DNA of 64,000 nucleotides from a bacterium (GTDB lineage Bacteria; SAR324; JACQKK01): NCBI GenBank assembly GCA_965240465.1, contig OZ251219.1, positions 608,001 to 672,000 of the forward strand, read 5' to 3'. Shown piece by piece: positions 55,536 to 64,000 of this stretch (position 1 is its first letter; each line of letters starts with the position of its first letter). The notes under the pieces were generated by a model. It saw only the letters and a program-made list of their open reading frames with translations, ran no database searches and was not told where the DNA came from. The position numbers and the translations under genes were made by a program.

Positions 55536-56648
55536 TCAGGGCGAGATGCTCTCAGCCATTAGTTCCAATAAGGAAAAGGGGGTGAGAGATTGGAAGTCCA
55601 GCAGCCAAGGTCCGTGAATGGGGGGTGGTTTAATCCAATTTGGCAGGGATGAGGGGGGGGGTGGATGAAGGGCATCAAGTAAGAGAGAAGCGGGCGGTTG
55701 ATGTGGCTGGGTGGATAGCTGTTTGAATCCTGCTGCCATTAGACAATGGGCGGCTATTTTGGCTCTTTGGGGGTCGGAGCTGAGGATTGCACAGGGGAGT
55801 TTTTGCCAGGGTTTTAATTTTTCAATGCTTTGTTGCCATTTATTTTTGGGGGCTGCAAAGGGCATCCAGAGTTGTAGGACTATGCTGGGATTGGAAGGTG
55901 CAGGGGTGGAAGGTGCAGGGGTGGAAGGTGCAGGGGTGGAAGGTGCAGGGGTGGAAGGTGCAGGGGTGGAAGGTGCAGGGATAGAATGGCTGATGGTGCC
56001 GTGCTGTAGATTAAATAGCTGGTGAGCCAGCAGGAATTGAAGGGTTCGGCTATTTTTTGGAGGGGAAGGGTCTAGGGGAAAGGTGAGGGGCAGGGTGAGG
56101 GATTGAGGCTGAAAATAGGGACCCTGGGCTTCAATTTCCCAGCTGAGACCCAGCGAATTTTTAAAATGTGTTTTGAGAAGAAACTTTAATTTTGTAGCAC
56201 CATTGGCAAATAAACTGGAGATCAGTTGTTCCAGAGCAATGGTTATCAGCTGGGGATCTCCCCAGCAGGATAGGGTTTCTGGCAATTGGCTGGAGATGGG
56301 ATAATCATTTTTTTTAAGAGCGTGTTTCAAGGGCTCAGCGGGGTTGAAAAATCCCCATTCTGGGGTAAGAGATTGCTCAGCTGCCAAACAGCTATACATC
56401 AGGGTATCACTGATAAGTAGTCCCTTGGCGGTCTGATGGCGAATACGTGCGGCTTGCTCCTTAATTTTCAGGGGAGCATCCTCTAGCAGCTGGGAAATTA
56501 AATCTATGGTGGATAGCGAGGAACGTAAATCATGACTGCAAACCTCCCGAATGGCTTTTAGCAGCTGGTCGGGCTGGTAGATGAACCTTAAATAAGGAGA
56601 AGGAAGAGGGGGAGGGGCATTCCATAGTTCCATAATAGGATGCTCCAA
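55536..56648 (-). CDS. Degenerate histidine-kinase-like protein
   Basis: H-box SHDLRSSLSTI, WGDPQLI..ALEQLI; N and G boxes not recognisable; (PAPST)x6 insertion. Confidence 0.6.
   Translation of the reverse strand: MEHPIMELWNAPPPLPSPYLRFIYQPDQLLKAIREVCSHDLRSSLSTIDLISQLLEDAPLKIKEQAARIRHQTAKGLLISDTLMYSCLAAEQSLTPEWGFFNPAEPLKHALKKNDYPISSQLPETLSCWGDPQLITIALEQLISSLFANGATKLKFLLKTHFKNSLGLSWEIEAQGPYFQPQSLTLPLTFPLDPSPPKNSRTLQFLLAHQLFNLQHGTISHSIPAPSTPAPSTPAPSTPAPSTPAPSTPAPSNPSIVLQLWMPFAAPKNKWQQSIEKLKPWQKLPCAILSSDPQRAKIAAHCLMAAGFKQLSTQPHQPPASLLLDALHPPPPSSLPNWIKPPPIHGPWLLDFQSLTPFSLLELMAESISP
55892..55980 (-). repeat. 6 x 15-bp in-frame repeat (PAPST)
   Basis: TGGAAGGTGCAGGGG tandem on + strand. Confidence 0.97.
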
Positions 56649-56782
56649 GGTGAAGATAGCAGGATGGTCTGATATAAAGAAGGTGAATATGTGATTGTAT
56701 CAAAATTAATGGAGATTGGCATTGCTATCTGCAGGATGGCTATGTACCCTCGCAAGAAAGATGCAAAACTAATTTAATAGAT

Positions 56783-56875
56783 GCAGTATCCTCGCAGTGC
56801 CTCGCAGTATCCTCTCCTCGCAGTATCCTCTCCTCGCAGTATCCTCTCCTCGCAGTATCCTCCTCCCGCAGTGCC
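56783..56875. repeat. About 4 x 16-bp CGCAGTATCCTCTCCT repeat with degenerate flanks
   Basis: Read directly, upstream of the probable CPBP start. Confidence 0.9.
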
Positions 56876-56888
56876 TTTCCCCCTTTGT

Positions 56889-57857
56889 ATGCACCATCCG
56901 AGATCATGGCTTCCAGCCGTTTGGAGTAAAATACTGAGAGGCTTTTGGTATGCTCTGGTGATGGTGTTTGCCTATCAGCCTTTTGTGGCTCATGCCTTAG
57001 GACCGAATACCTCTGCCCTAAGTAGTTTGCTGTTCCCTGGTTTGGGCCAATTGATCAATGAGGACTATGCCTCTGGTGGCTGGCAAATGGGGGCATACTG
57101 GGCACTTAATAGCCGCATTCTCAGCTTGAAAAAACGTCCAGATTACCTTGAAGATACTCTGATTAAATCCAGCAATGAAAAACGCATCAATCATACCACC
57201 TTGGAGGCCGAAACCTTAAGTGTACTGCAATTTAACGGGCTAGCTTTTTATTCTGGATATGATGCCTATCGTTCGGCCCGAGCTTTGCCAGAATATCGCC
57301 TAAAGTACAGCCGAACACCCATTCCCAAAGATACCCTGCTAGATTTATCTTTAGCTCCTTTTAGATGGAGAAATTTCACTGATTTGACGGTATTAGTGCC
57401 ACTAGCCTTAGCAGCTAATGCGGCCCTGGGAGATCCTATTGAAAACACCGAAGACCCTAGCAAGAATGACTTTGTCTATCGGCGAGAAGGGGGCTTGAGC
57501 CGTGATACTCTGAGGGCACATCATTTTGTTTCATTTCAGGTGGTGGGCATGGGAGAAGAAGCCTTTTTTCGGGGTTATCTAAACACTGAATTTGTGGAAA
57601 GATTTGGTCCTGTATGGGGAGTAGCTATGTCTTCTTTAACTTTTGGGTCATTACATTCTGGTTCAGGTGGTTCAGCCAATCAAGTATTAGCCTCCTTGTT
57701 TGGGGTTTATACTGGATGGATGCATCTAAGAAATGATTATAGCTTGCAACAAGTAGTAGCCTTGCATTCGTGGTGGGATGTGCTGATCAGCTACCGAGCC
57801 AGCAAGGACCGTAAATCTTTACAGATTCCCATTTTTACCGTTGCTAATAAGTTTTAA
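56889..57857 (+). CDS. CPBP (CAAX/Abi) family intramembrane glutamic endopeptidase-like protein
   Basis: GEEAFFRG, SSLTFGSLH, VALHSWWD motifs; SLLFPGLGQ; start at ATG 56889 assumed. Confidence 0.82.
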   Translation: MHHPRSWLPAVWSKILRGFWYALVMVFAYQPFVAHALGPNTSALSSLLFPGLGQLINEDYASGGWQMGAYWALNSRILSLKKRPDYLEDTLIKSSNEKRINHTTLEAETLSVLQFNGLAFYSGYDAYRSARALPEYRLKYSRTPIPKDTLLDLSLAPFRWRNFTDLTVLVPLALAANAALGDPIENTEDPSKNDFVYRREGGLSRDTLRAHHFVSFQVVGMGEEAFFRGYLNTEFVERFGPVWGVAMSSLTFGSLHSGSGGSANQVLASLFGVYTGWMHLRNDYSLQQVVALHSWWDVLISYRASKDRKSLQIPIFTVANKF

Positions 57858-57947
57858 CGGGCATGGTTCGTACATTGCGATGGGATAACAGGAGGACAGG
57901 AGGGCAAGGACAGGAGGGCAAGATGATAGCAGGCAGGCAGCCAGCGA

Positions 57948-58589
57948 TTACAAGCTTCCCAGGGCAGCTTGAAAGTTCAACAGAGCTTGGGCGGGATTTG
58001 GGGCTTCCCAAATGGCAGAGATAACTGCTACCCCAGCAGCACCCGCGTGCAGACAGCTGAGGGCGTTTTCGGGAGTAATTCCTCCTAGGGCTATCACTGG
58101 TAGGGGAGATTTTTTGCAGAGCTCTGCCAGTTGTTTTAGTCCTAGACCCGACTGATTTGGTTTGGATGGAGTAGGAAAGATGGGTGCTAGCAAGGTGAAG
58201 GTTGCTCCCCAGTGGGCAGCTTGGGTGAGGCCGCGGGCAGAATGTGCAGCACAAGACCAACCTGAGAGCTGCTTCAACTGGGCAATCAATTTCACAGAGG
58301 GAGGCAAAAATCTTTCTGGCAAATGGAGGGCTAGCTCTAGTTGCAGAGCTATGGCTATGCTACCGTTCACCCACCAGCTTAAGGAATAAGGAGCAATCAA
58401 ATTTTTCCATTGAGCTACACAGTCCAACAATTCCACTTGGCTTAAGTCGGGTTCTCTAAGCTGTATTGCCTTCAGACCCCGAGCTACTAATTGAGGCAAA
58501 CAAGCGGAAACCAAGGAACGGCTTTTAATACCGCCTGTCAGTAAGAGAAAGCGAAAACCTAGGCTCTGCTGGGATGGAGTGATAACCAA
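57948..58589 (-). CDS. thiE: Thiamine-phosphate synthase / TenI family
   Basis: IQLRE.DL, VNG, LHL, AHS, PIFPTPSK, PVIALGGIT, GAAGVAVISAI. Confidence 0.8.
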   Translation of the reverse strand: MVITPSQQSLGFRFLLLTGGIKSRSLVSACLPQLVARGLKAIQLREPDLSQVELLDCVAQWKNLIAPYSLSWWVNGSIAIALQLELALHLPERFLPPSVKLIAQLKQLSGWSCAAHSARGLTQAAHWGATFTLLAPIFPTPSKPNQSGLGLKQLAELCKKSPLPVIALGGITPENALSCLHAGAAGVAVISAIWEAPNPAQALLNFQAALGSL

Positions 58590-58655
58590 TGTGGAATTTA
58601 CCTAGGCTTGATAAGGTCTGGGGTTGATAAGGTCTGGGGTTGAATGAGCTGAGGG

Positions 58656-60086
58656 TTATCCAAATGTTTCTAATTGCTGAGTAATGAAATCCAATAAAGC
58701 TGAGGGAAACAGTCCGAGATAGATTATTCCGCTGAGGCAGATGGTAATTACCAGATAAAGAGGCCAATGGAAGGGTAGGCTAGGGGTTTCTGGCGAGGAG
58801 GATTCAGAGTACATAACCACCACGATACGGAGGTAGTAATAGAGAGAGAGTACGCTATTGAGTACTCCGATGATGGTGAGCCAGATCCATCCTTGTTGAA
58901 GGACTGATTTAAATATTTGGAATTTACCGATAAATCCTGCGGTGAGGGGGATTCCAGCTAAGGAGAGCATCATGATGAAGAGTGACAGGGCGAGGAAGGG
59001 TTTTTGATATCCGAAGCCTTGGTAGTCGGAGAAGGAGAGTTTTTCTGATTGGGTTGTAGAAGCGAGAATGATTACTGCGAACACGCCAGTATTCATGAGG
59101 GTATAGACGATGCTGTAGAAGAGGATAGCACTCAGAGCAGGGGCGGAAGAGACAGCTAGGGCAGCGGTGAGGTATCCAGCGTGAGCGATGGAGGAGTAGG
59201 CGAGCATTCGTTTGAGGTTTTGCTGTTTGAGAGCCATCAAGTTTCCGCTGGTCATGGTGAGGGCAGCTATTCCCCAGAGGATGAGGCTCCAGCTGGGCTG
59301 TAGGAGGGGTAGGGCTTCTAGGAGCAGGCGAGTGAGAGTTGCAAATCCAGCGGCCTTTGTGCCTGCGGACAGAAAGGCAGTGATGCTAGTAGGGGCTCCT
59401 TCATAGACGTCGGGGGTCCACATATGGAAGGGTACTAGTGAGATTTTGAAGGCGAAGCCGATCAGGAGCAAGATCATACCCAAGTTCAGGAGGGAGCTAG
59501 GGGGGGTGATTGCAATATCCTCCAGTTGTAGACTACCGCTGGCACCGTAGAGCATGGTAGCTCCGTAGAGCCAAATGGCACTGGCGAAGGCTCCCAGCAG
59601 GAAGTATTTCATGGCGGACTCGTTAGAACGAGGCTGGGAGGTGTCTAATCCACAAAGTATGTAACTGCAAATGGAGAGGATTTCCAGACCGATAAACATC
59701 AGCAACAAATCCCTGCTAGAGACCATGAGCATCATTCCGCTAATGGCAAACATCACTAGGGCATAGTATTCGCCAAGGGGCAGCTTCTGGTTGGCTAAAT
59801 TCTTTACCGATAGCAGCACCGTAAATGCTCCTACTGACAAAAATACCAATTCAAACACGGTGGAGAATCCATCTCCCACAATGCTGCCTTGAAAACCACT
59901 TATGGGCTGAAATAACTGCTGACAAAGGGCATAACTAGCTAATAGCAATCCAAACAAAGAAACTCCTGCCATGGTTCTCATTTTGATACGCGGAAAAAGC
60001 AAATCTAGTCCGATCAGTACCAATCCCGTTGCTGCTACCAGTATTTCTGGTAGCACGGACAAAATGTCTATCAGGGTAACGTTCAT
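58656..60086 (-). CDS. nuoN: NADH-quinone oxidoreductase subunit N
   Basis: ESAMKYFLLG, FKISLVPFHMWTPDVYEGAPT, KRMLAYSSIAHAGY, SLAGIP..AGFIGKF. Confidence 0.97.
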   Translation of the reverse strand: MNVTLIDILSVLPEILVAATGLVLIGLDLLFPRIKMRTMAGVSLFGLLLASYALCQQLFQPISGFQGSIVGDGFSTVFELVFLSVGAFTVLLSVKNLANQKLPLGEYYALVMFAISGMMLMVSSRDLLLMFIGLEILSICSYILCGLDTSQPRSNESAMKYFLLGAFASAIWLYGATMLYGASGSLQLEDIAITPPSSLLNLGMILLLIGFAFKISLVPFHMWTPDVYEGAPTSITAFLSAGTKAAGFATLTRLLLEALPLLQPSWSLILWGIAALTMTSGNLMALKQQNLKRMLAYSSIAHAGYLTAALAVSSAPALSAILFYSIVYTLMNTGVFAVIILASTTQSEKLSFSDYQGFGYQKPFLALSLFIMMLSLAGIPLTAGFIGKFQIFKSVLQQGWIWLTIIGVLNSVLSLYYYLRIVVVMYSESSSPETPSLPFHWPLYLVITICLSGIIYLGLFPSALLDFITQQLETFG

Positions 60087-61816
60087 GGTTTTTCAGTGGG
60101 TTTTTCAGTGGGGGGAAGTTTTTCAGTGGGTCTTTCGGTGGCGAGAGGTTTTTCAGTGGGTCTTTCGGTGGCGGGAGGTTTTTCAGTGGGTTTTTCGGTG
60201 GCGAGAGGTTTTTCAGTGGGTCTTTCAGGGTTTTTTGGATGAATAGGCAAGGTTTTAGCAAATGGTAGGGTTAGAGTTCTTGCGGGGGTCGGAGTTCTTG
60301 CGGGGATTGGATTAATTTGCGATTGGCGTTCAGAGAGTGAATTCACCAATCTTTGGGAAGTGGGTTCTAGTCGGTTGAGTAGGGGTTGGGGGTATATTCC
60401 GACCCAAATCATTAAGAGCAGCAGAGGTGTAAGTACGGTGATTTCCAGCCAAGTGAGGTCAAGCAGGGATTTATTTTTGGGATTGGAGAGGCGACCAAAA
60501 AACACTCTTTGGATCATCCAGAGCAAATAAATGGCGGTTAGGATCATTGCAAAAGCGGAAACGATGGCTGTTGCGGGCAGGCGTTGGAAAGCTCCGAGCA
60601 GTACTAGGTATTCACCGACAAAGCCATTTAGCCCTGGCAGTCCTGCTGAGGCTAGGGCAGTTATGATAAAAGCTGCCGAGAACCAAGGCATTACTTGGAT
60701 TAGCCCTCCAAATTCGGCGATGGCTTTGGTACGTCGCCTTTGGTAGATGATGCCTACCAGCATAAACAGAGCTGCGGTGATGACTCCATGGCTGAGTATT
60801 TGTAGTACTCCGCCTTGCAGACCTTCTTCATTGAGGGTGAAAATGCCCAGGGTGACAAATCCCATGTGAGATACAGAAGAATAAGCTACTAGTTTTTTCA
60901 TGTCGGGCTGTACCATACATACTAAGGCTCCGTAGATGATGCTAGCTACACTTATCCACAGGAGCCAGGGCAAAAAGGCCTCGGTGGCAGCTGGGAAGAG
61001 CGGAATGGCAAAGCGGATGAAGCCATAAGCACCCATTTTTAGGAGTACTCCAGCTAGAATCATAGAACCTGCCGTAGGTGCTTCTACATGGGCATCGGGT
61101 AGCCACGTGTGGAAGGGAAACATGGGGGCCTTAACCGCAAATGATAGCCCAAATGCAGCCAACAACCAGTATTGTAGTTGGATTGGAAAATTGAGTTGGT
61201 ACCAATCCAGCAGGGAGAAGCTGAGTTGTGCTTGGGTTTTGTAGTGGAAGAAATAAACGAAAATGATGGCTACCAGCATGAGTACCGAGGCAGTCATGGT
61301 ATAGGCTACGAACTTAAAAGCTGCATAAACTCTATTTTCACTTCCCCAGACTAAAATGAGGAAGTACATTGGAAAGAGCATCGCTTCCCAAAAGACATAA
61401 AATAGCAGCACGTCCAAAGCCAAGAAAACCCCATTCATGCCTATCTCCAGCAGCAGCAGAGATATCATGAATTCACGTACGTGCTTGTCTACGGTAGTCC
61501 AAGAACCAATGATAGCCAGCAGGGTAAGTAGGCTAGTCAACAGCACCAGCAATAGAGATAAACCATCCAGCCCCAAGTGATAAGAAGCTCCCCAAGCGGG
61601 AATCCAAGCTAGTTTTTCAACAAATTGAAAATCAGCTCCTTGGGGTTGATAGAGCCAGTACAAGGGCAGAGCCAGCAAAAAGGTACTCGCAGCAGAGAGC
61701 ATGGCGATCCATTTCGCCCAGCTGGCAGTCCGACTAGGAATCAGCAGCAATATCACTCCCAGCAAGGGGGAAAACAGGACTGCACTTAACAATGGTATTT
61801 CAGCTAGAGAGGTCAT
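60083..61816 (-). CDS. nuoM: NADH-quinone oxidoreductase subunit M with repeat-derived C-terminal tail
   Basis: GLDGLS, FYVFWE, PFHTWLPDAHVEAPT, LLKMG.YG, KKLVAYSSVSHMG, LPGLNGFVGE. Confidence 0.97.
   Translation of the reverse strand: MTSLAEIPLLSAVLFSPLLGVILLLIPSRTASWAKWIAMLSAASTFLLALPLYWLYQPQGADFQFVEKLAWIPAWGASYHLGLDGLSLLLVLLTSLLTLLAIIGSWTTVDKHVREFMISLLLLEIGMNGVFLALDVLLFYVFWEAMLFPMYFLILVWGSENRVYAAFKFVAYTMTASVLMLVAIIFVYFFHYKTQAQLSFSLLDWYQLNFPIQLQYWLLAAFGLSFAVKAPMFPFHTWLPDAHVEAPTAGSMILAGVLLKMGAYGFIRFAIPLFPAATEAFLPWLLWISVASIIYGALVCMVQPDMKKLVAYSSVSHMGFVTLGIFTLNEEGLQGGVLQILSHGVITAALFMLVGIIYQRRRTKAIAEFGGLIQVMPWFSAAFIITALASAGLPGLNGFVGEYLVLLGAFQRLPATAIVSAFAMILTAIYLLWMIQRVFFGRLSNPKNKSLLDLTWLEITVLTPLLLLMIWVGIYPQPLLNRLEPTSQRLVNSLSERQSQINPIPARTPTPARTLTLPFAKTLPIHPKNPERPTEKPLATEKPTEKPPATERPTEKPLATERPTEKLPPTEKPTEKP
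60087..60230 (-). repeat. About 4.5 x 30-bp in-frame repeat (TE(R/K)PTEKP(L/P)A) forming the NuoM tail
   Basis: GGTTTTTCAGTGGGT(C/T)TTTCGGTGGCG(A/G)GA tandem. Confidence 0.93.
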
Positions 61817-61897
61817 GTTGTATTTCCATCAGGGTAGTGCGAACAGAGGTAGTGCGGGGTAGTGCGGGGTAAAGTGCGAATTCTCAAAAAGTTAGGC

Positions 61898-63826
61898 TTA
61901 AAAGAGCCACCATCCTTCCACCAAACTGACTAGTACCAGCATTCCCAGTAACATTGCCAAGAGATAGGTTTGTGCTAAGCCAGTTTGGGTTTGTAGTAGT
62001 AGGCTACCTAAGCCTCTTGCTCCTCGTCCGACGGCATTAACTAAGCCATCCACGATTCGTACATCCATGGTTTTCCACAGCAATTGTCTAGAGAACCAAT
62101 TCAGGGGTTTTATAATAAGCACGTCATATATTTCATCAAGGTAGTATTTTTTTTGTAAGGGTAGTGCTAGGGGCTGCATTTTCTTACCCAGTGCCGAAGC
62201 TCCCTTCAGCCAGCGGCTGAACAATAGAAAGCCGAAGATCATGGCTAATAGAGCTGCTCCAGAGGTAATTCCGCTTAGTAGCCATTCCAAGGATGCCTCC
62301 TCAGTTGCGGATCCCACTGAGGGGAAGAAGCCCTCAAAGTAGCCTTCTAGCCAATTAGGAAGATGGAGGGGATGCCCTAAGAAATGGGGTATGCTAATCC
62401 AGCCTCCGCAGATGGATAACAATGCCAGACTCAACAAGGGGATGGTCATACTGGGGTGAGATTCTTTAATCTTGCTGGTAACGGAGAATCGTGGTTTGCC
62501 AAAGAAGGTCATGGCTACCGAGCGAAACATATAGAAAGCGGTCAGCACTGCGGTTAGGGCGGCTACCGCCCACAAGAGATGGCTACCCAAGGGCGAAGTG
62601 TAGGCTAGCCAGAGGATTTCATCTTTGCTGAAAAAGCCTGCAAATAGCAGGGGAAAGCCCGAGATTGCTAAGGCTCCTATCAAGTAGGTAATACCAGTGA
62701 TGGGCATATATCGGAGTAATCCGCCCATTTGTCGCATATCTTGCTGGTGATGCATGCGGTGAATTACTGATCCAGCTGCCAAGAACAACAAAGCTTTGAA
62801 GAAGGCATGGGTAAGCACATGAAAAATACTAGCCGTGAAAGCTCCTACTCCGATGGCTAGGAACATGTATCCCAATTGACTAATGGTGGAATACGCCAGC
62901 ACTTTTTTAATATCGTTTTGTACCAAGGCGATGGTAGCCGCTAATAGAGCAGTAGCTGTTCCCAATATCGCGATCACCCCCATAGCAAAGGGTGCTAGTA
63001 CTAGCAATCCGCTTAAGCGTGCCAGCAGGTAGAGTCCAGCGGTAACCATGGTAGCCGCGTGGATTAGGGCTGAAACAGGAGTGGGACCTTCCATTGCATC
63101 TGGGAGCCACACATAGAGAGGAATTTGAGCACTCTTTCCAGCTGCTGCCAGCAAAAACAGCAGGACTATTGAATTGGCAATCCAGCTATTTTCTTCCAGC
63201 CGCAAGGGAGCTTGTTCTCTCAAGAAATTGAATTCCAAACTACCAAAAATCCAAAACACCAATAGGGTAGCTACCACAAAACCCACATCCCCCACCCGAT
63301 TAAACACAAATGCCTTTTTGGCAGCTTCTGCGGCAGCTTCTCTCTGATGTTCGTATCCGATCAGCAGATAAGAGCATAGTCCGACCCCCTCCCAACCTAC
63401 GAACATCAATAGCAAATTGTTGGATAACACCAGCAATAGCATGAAAAATATAAATAAATTCAAATAGGCAAAAAATCGCTGAGAACCAGCTTCAGCTCCT
63501 ATGTAACCCACCGAATACACATGAATTAAAAAACCCACCCCAGTTATGATCAGCACGTACAAGGCACTTAGCCGATCCATCTCCAACTCTGCCCCTACCC
63601 GAAAACTACCAGCCCTAATCCAAGTGAATAATTCCTGCTGCAATATGCCCCCTTCCTCAGCCGATAACTGTAAAAACGTCAGCACTCCTAACCCAAATGA
63701 TCCCAAAATAACCCCAGGGGAAATCCAAAACACCAACTGCTTGTTTTCAGCCATATTCAGCAAGACACAACCGAAAAAACCCGCCAAAGGTAGTCCTGCT
63801 ATCAGCCATAAATAGGATCCCATCAA
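61898..63826 (-). CDS. nuoL: NADH-quinone oxidoreductase subunit L
   Basis: IHVYS.GY, RFFAYLNLF, GWEGVGLCSYLLIG, GKSAQ.PL.VWLPDAMEGPTPVSALIHAATMV, HAFFKALLFL. Confidence 0.97.
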   Translation of the reverse strand: MMGSYLWLIAGLPLAGFFGCVLLNMAENKQLVFWISPGVILGSFGLGVLTFLQLSAEEGGILQQELFTWIRAGSFRVGAELEMDRLSALYVLIITGVGFLIHVYSVGYIGAEAGSQRFFAYLNLFIFFMLLLVLSNNLLLMFVGWEGVGLCSYLLIGYEHQREAAAEAAKKAFVFNRVGDVGFVVATLLVFWIFGSLEFNFLREQAPLRLEENSWIANSIVLLFLLAAAGKSAQIPLYVWLPDAMEGPTPVSALIHAATMVTAGLYLLARLSGLLVLAPFAMGVIAILGTATALLAATIALVQNDIKKVLAYSTISQLGYMFLAIGVGAFTASIFHVLTHAFFKALLFLAAGSVIHRMHHQQDMRQMGGLLRYMPITGITYLIGALAISGFPLLFAGFFSKDEILWLAYTSPLGSHLLWAVAALTAVLTAFYMFRSVAMTFFGKPRFSVTSKIKESHPSMTIPLLSLALLSICGGWISIPHFLGHPLHLPNWLEGYFEGFFPSVGSATEEASLEWLLSGITSGAALLAMIFGFLLFSRWLKGASALGKKMQPLALPLQKKYYLDEIYDVLIIKPLNWFSRQLLWKTMDVRIVDGLVNAVGRGARGLGSLLLQTQTGLAQTYLLAMLLGMLVLVSLVEGWWLF

Positions 63827-63830
63827 TTAC

Positions 63831-64000
63831 CTAACCTTTTAATAAATTGATGTGCTCAATTTCTAGTTTTCCGCTATTCCGAAAAATAGACAAGATAATG
63901 GATAATCCTATCACCGCCTCTGCAGCCGCAATCGCTAGCACAAAAAACACCACCAAAACTCCCGTTAGTGAATCCAAGAAAGTACTAAAAGCCACCAAGG
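63831..64000 (-). CDS. nuoK: NADH-quinone oxidoreductase subunit K (3' part)
   Basis: Hand translation ...LVAFSTFLDSLTGVLVVFFVLAIAAAEAVIGLSIILSIFRNSGKLEIEHINLLKG*. Confidence 0.95.
   Translation of the reverse strand, partial: LVAFSTFLDSLTGVLVVFFVLAIAAAEAVIGLSIILSIFRNSGKLEIEHINLLKG

Overview
64-kb window of mostly core chromosome from a Gram-negative bacterium (lptD, mlaF-like ABC ATPase, nuoKLMN). A SAR324/deltaproteobacteria-like affiliation is only my impression from protein style. It holds about 55 CDS (ruvA/C, yebC, tenA, frameshifted prfB, glmS, archaeal-type glmU, cmk, gpsA, rlmB, PPi-type pfk, miaB, nth, aspartokinase, trmH, dus, grxD, lptD, truA, trxA, murD, ihfA, ubiE, purH half-enzyme, rplI/rpsR/rpsF/pth/rplY, thiE-like, nuoN-K), tRNA-Gly(CCC), tRNA-Ser(GGA) and one perfect parS. 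I saw no CRISPR array, rRNA, integrase or transposase. Most notable: (1) a kilobase-scale saw-tooth strand asymmetry, G/T-rich at the left and C/A-rich at the right of each block whatever the gene orientation, plus many short tandem repeats; (2) an orphan phage-type lysis cassette with its own promoter facing a ParA + partner pair beside tRNA-Gly; (3) a probable AUU start codon for lptD downstream of an 11x14-bp array; (4) a 91-bp insertion carrying an RHH-like mini-ORF that splits a secreted-protein gene; (5) a methyltransferase-HNH fusion, a NadD-like/CinA-like fusion and an orphan Cas2/VapD-like ORF. All family assignments come from recognising motifs by eye; no database search was run.
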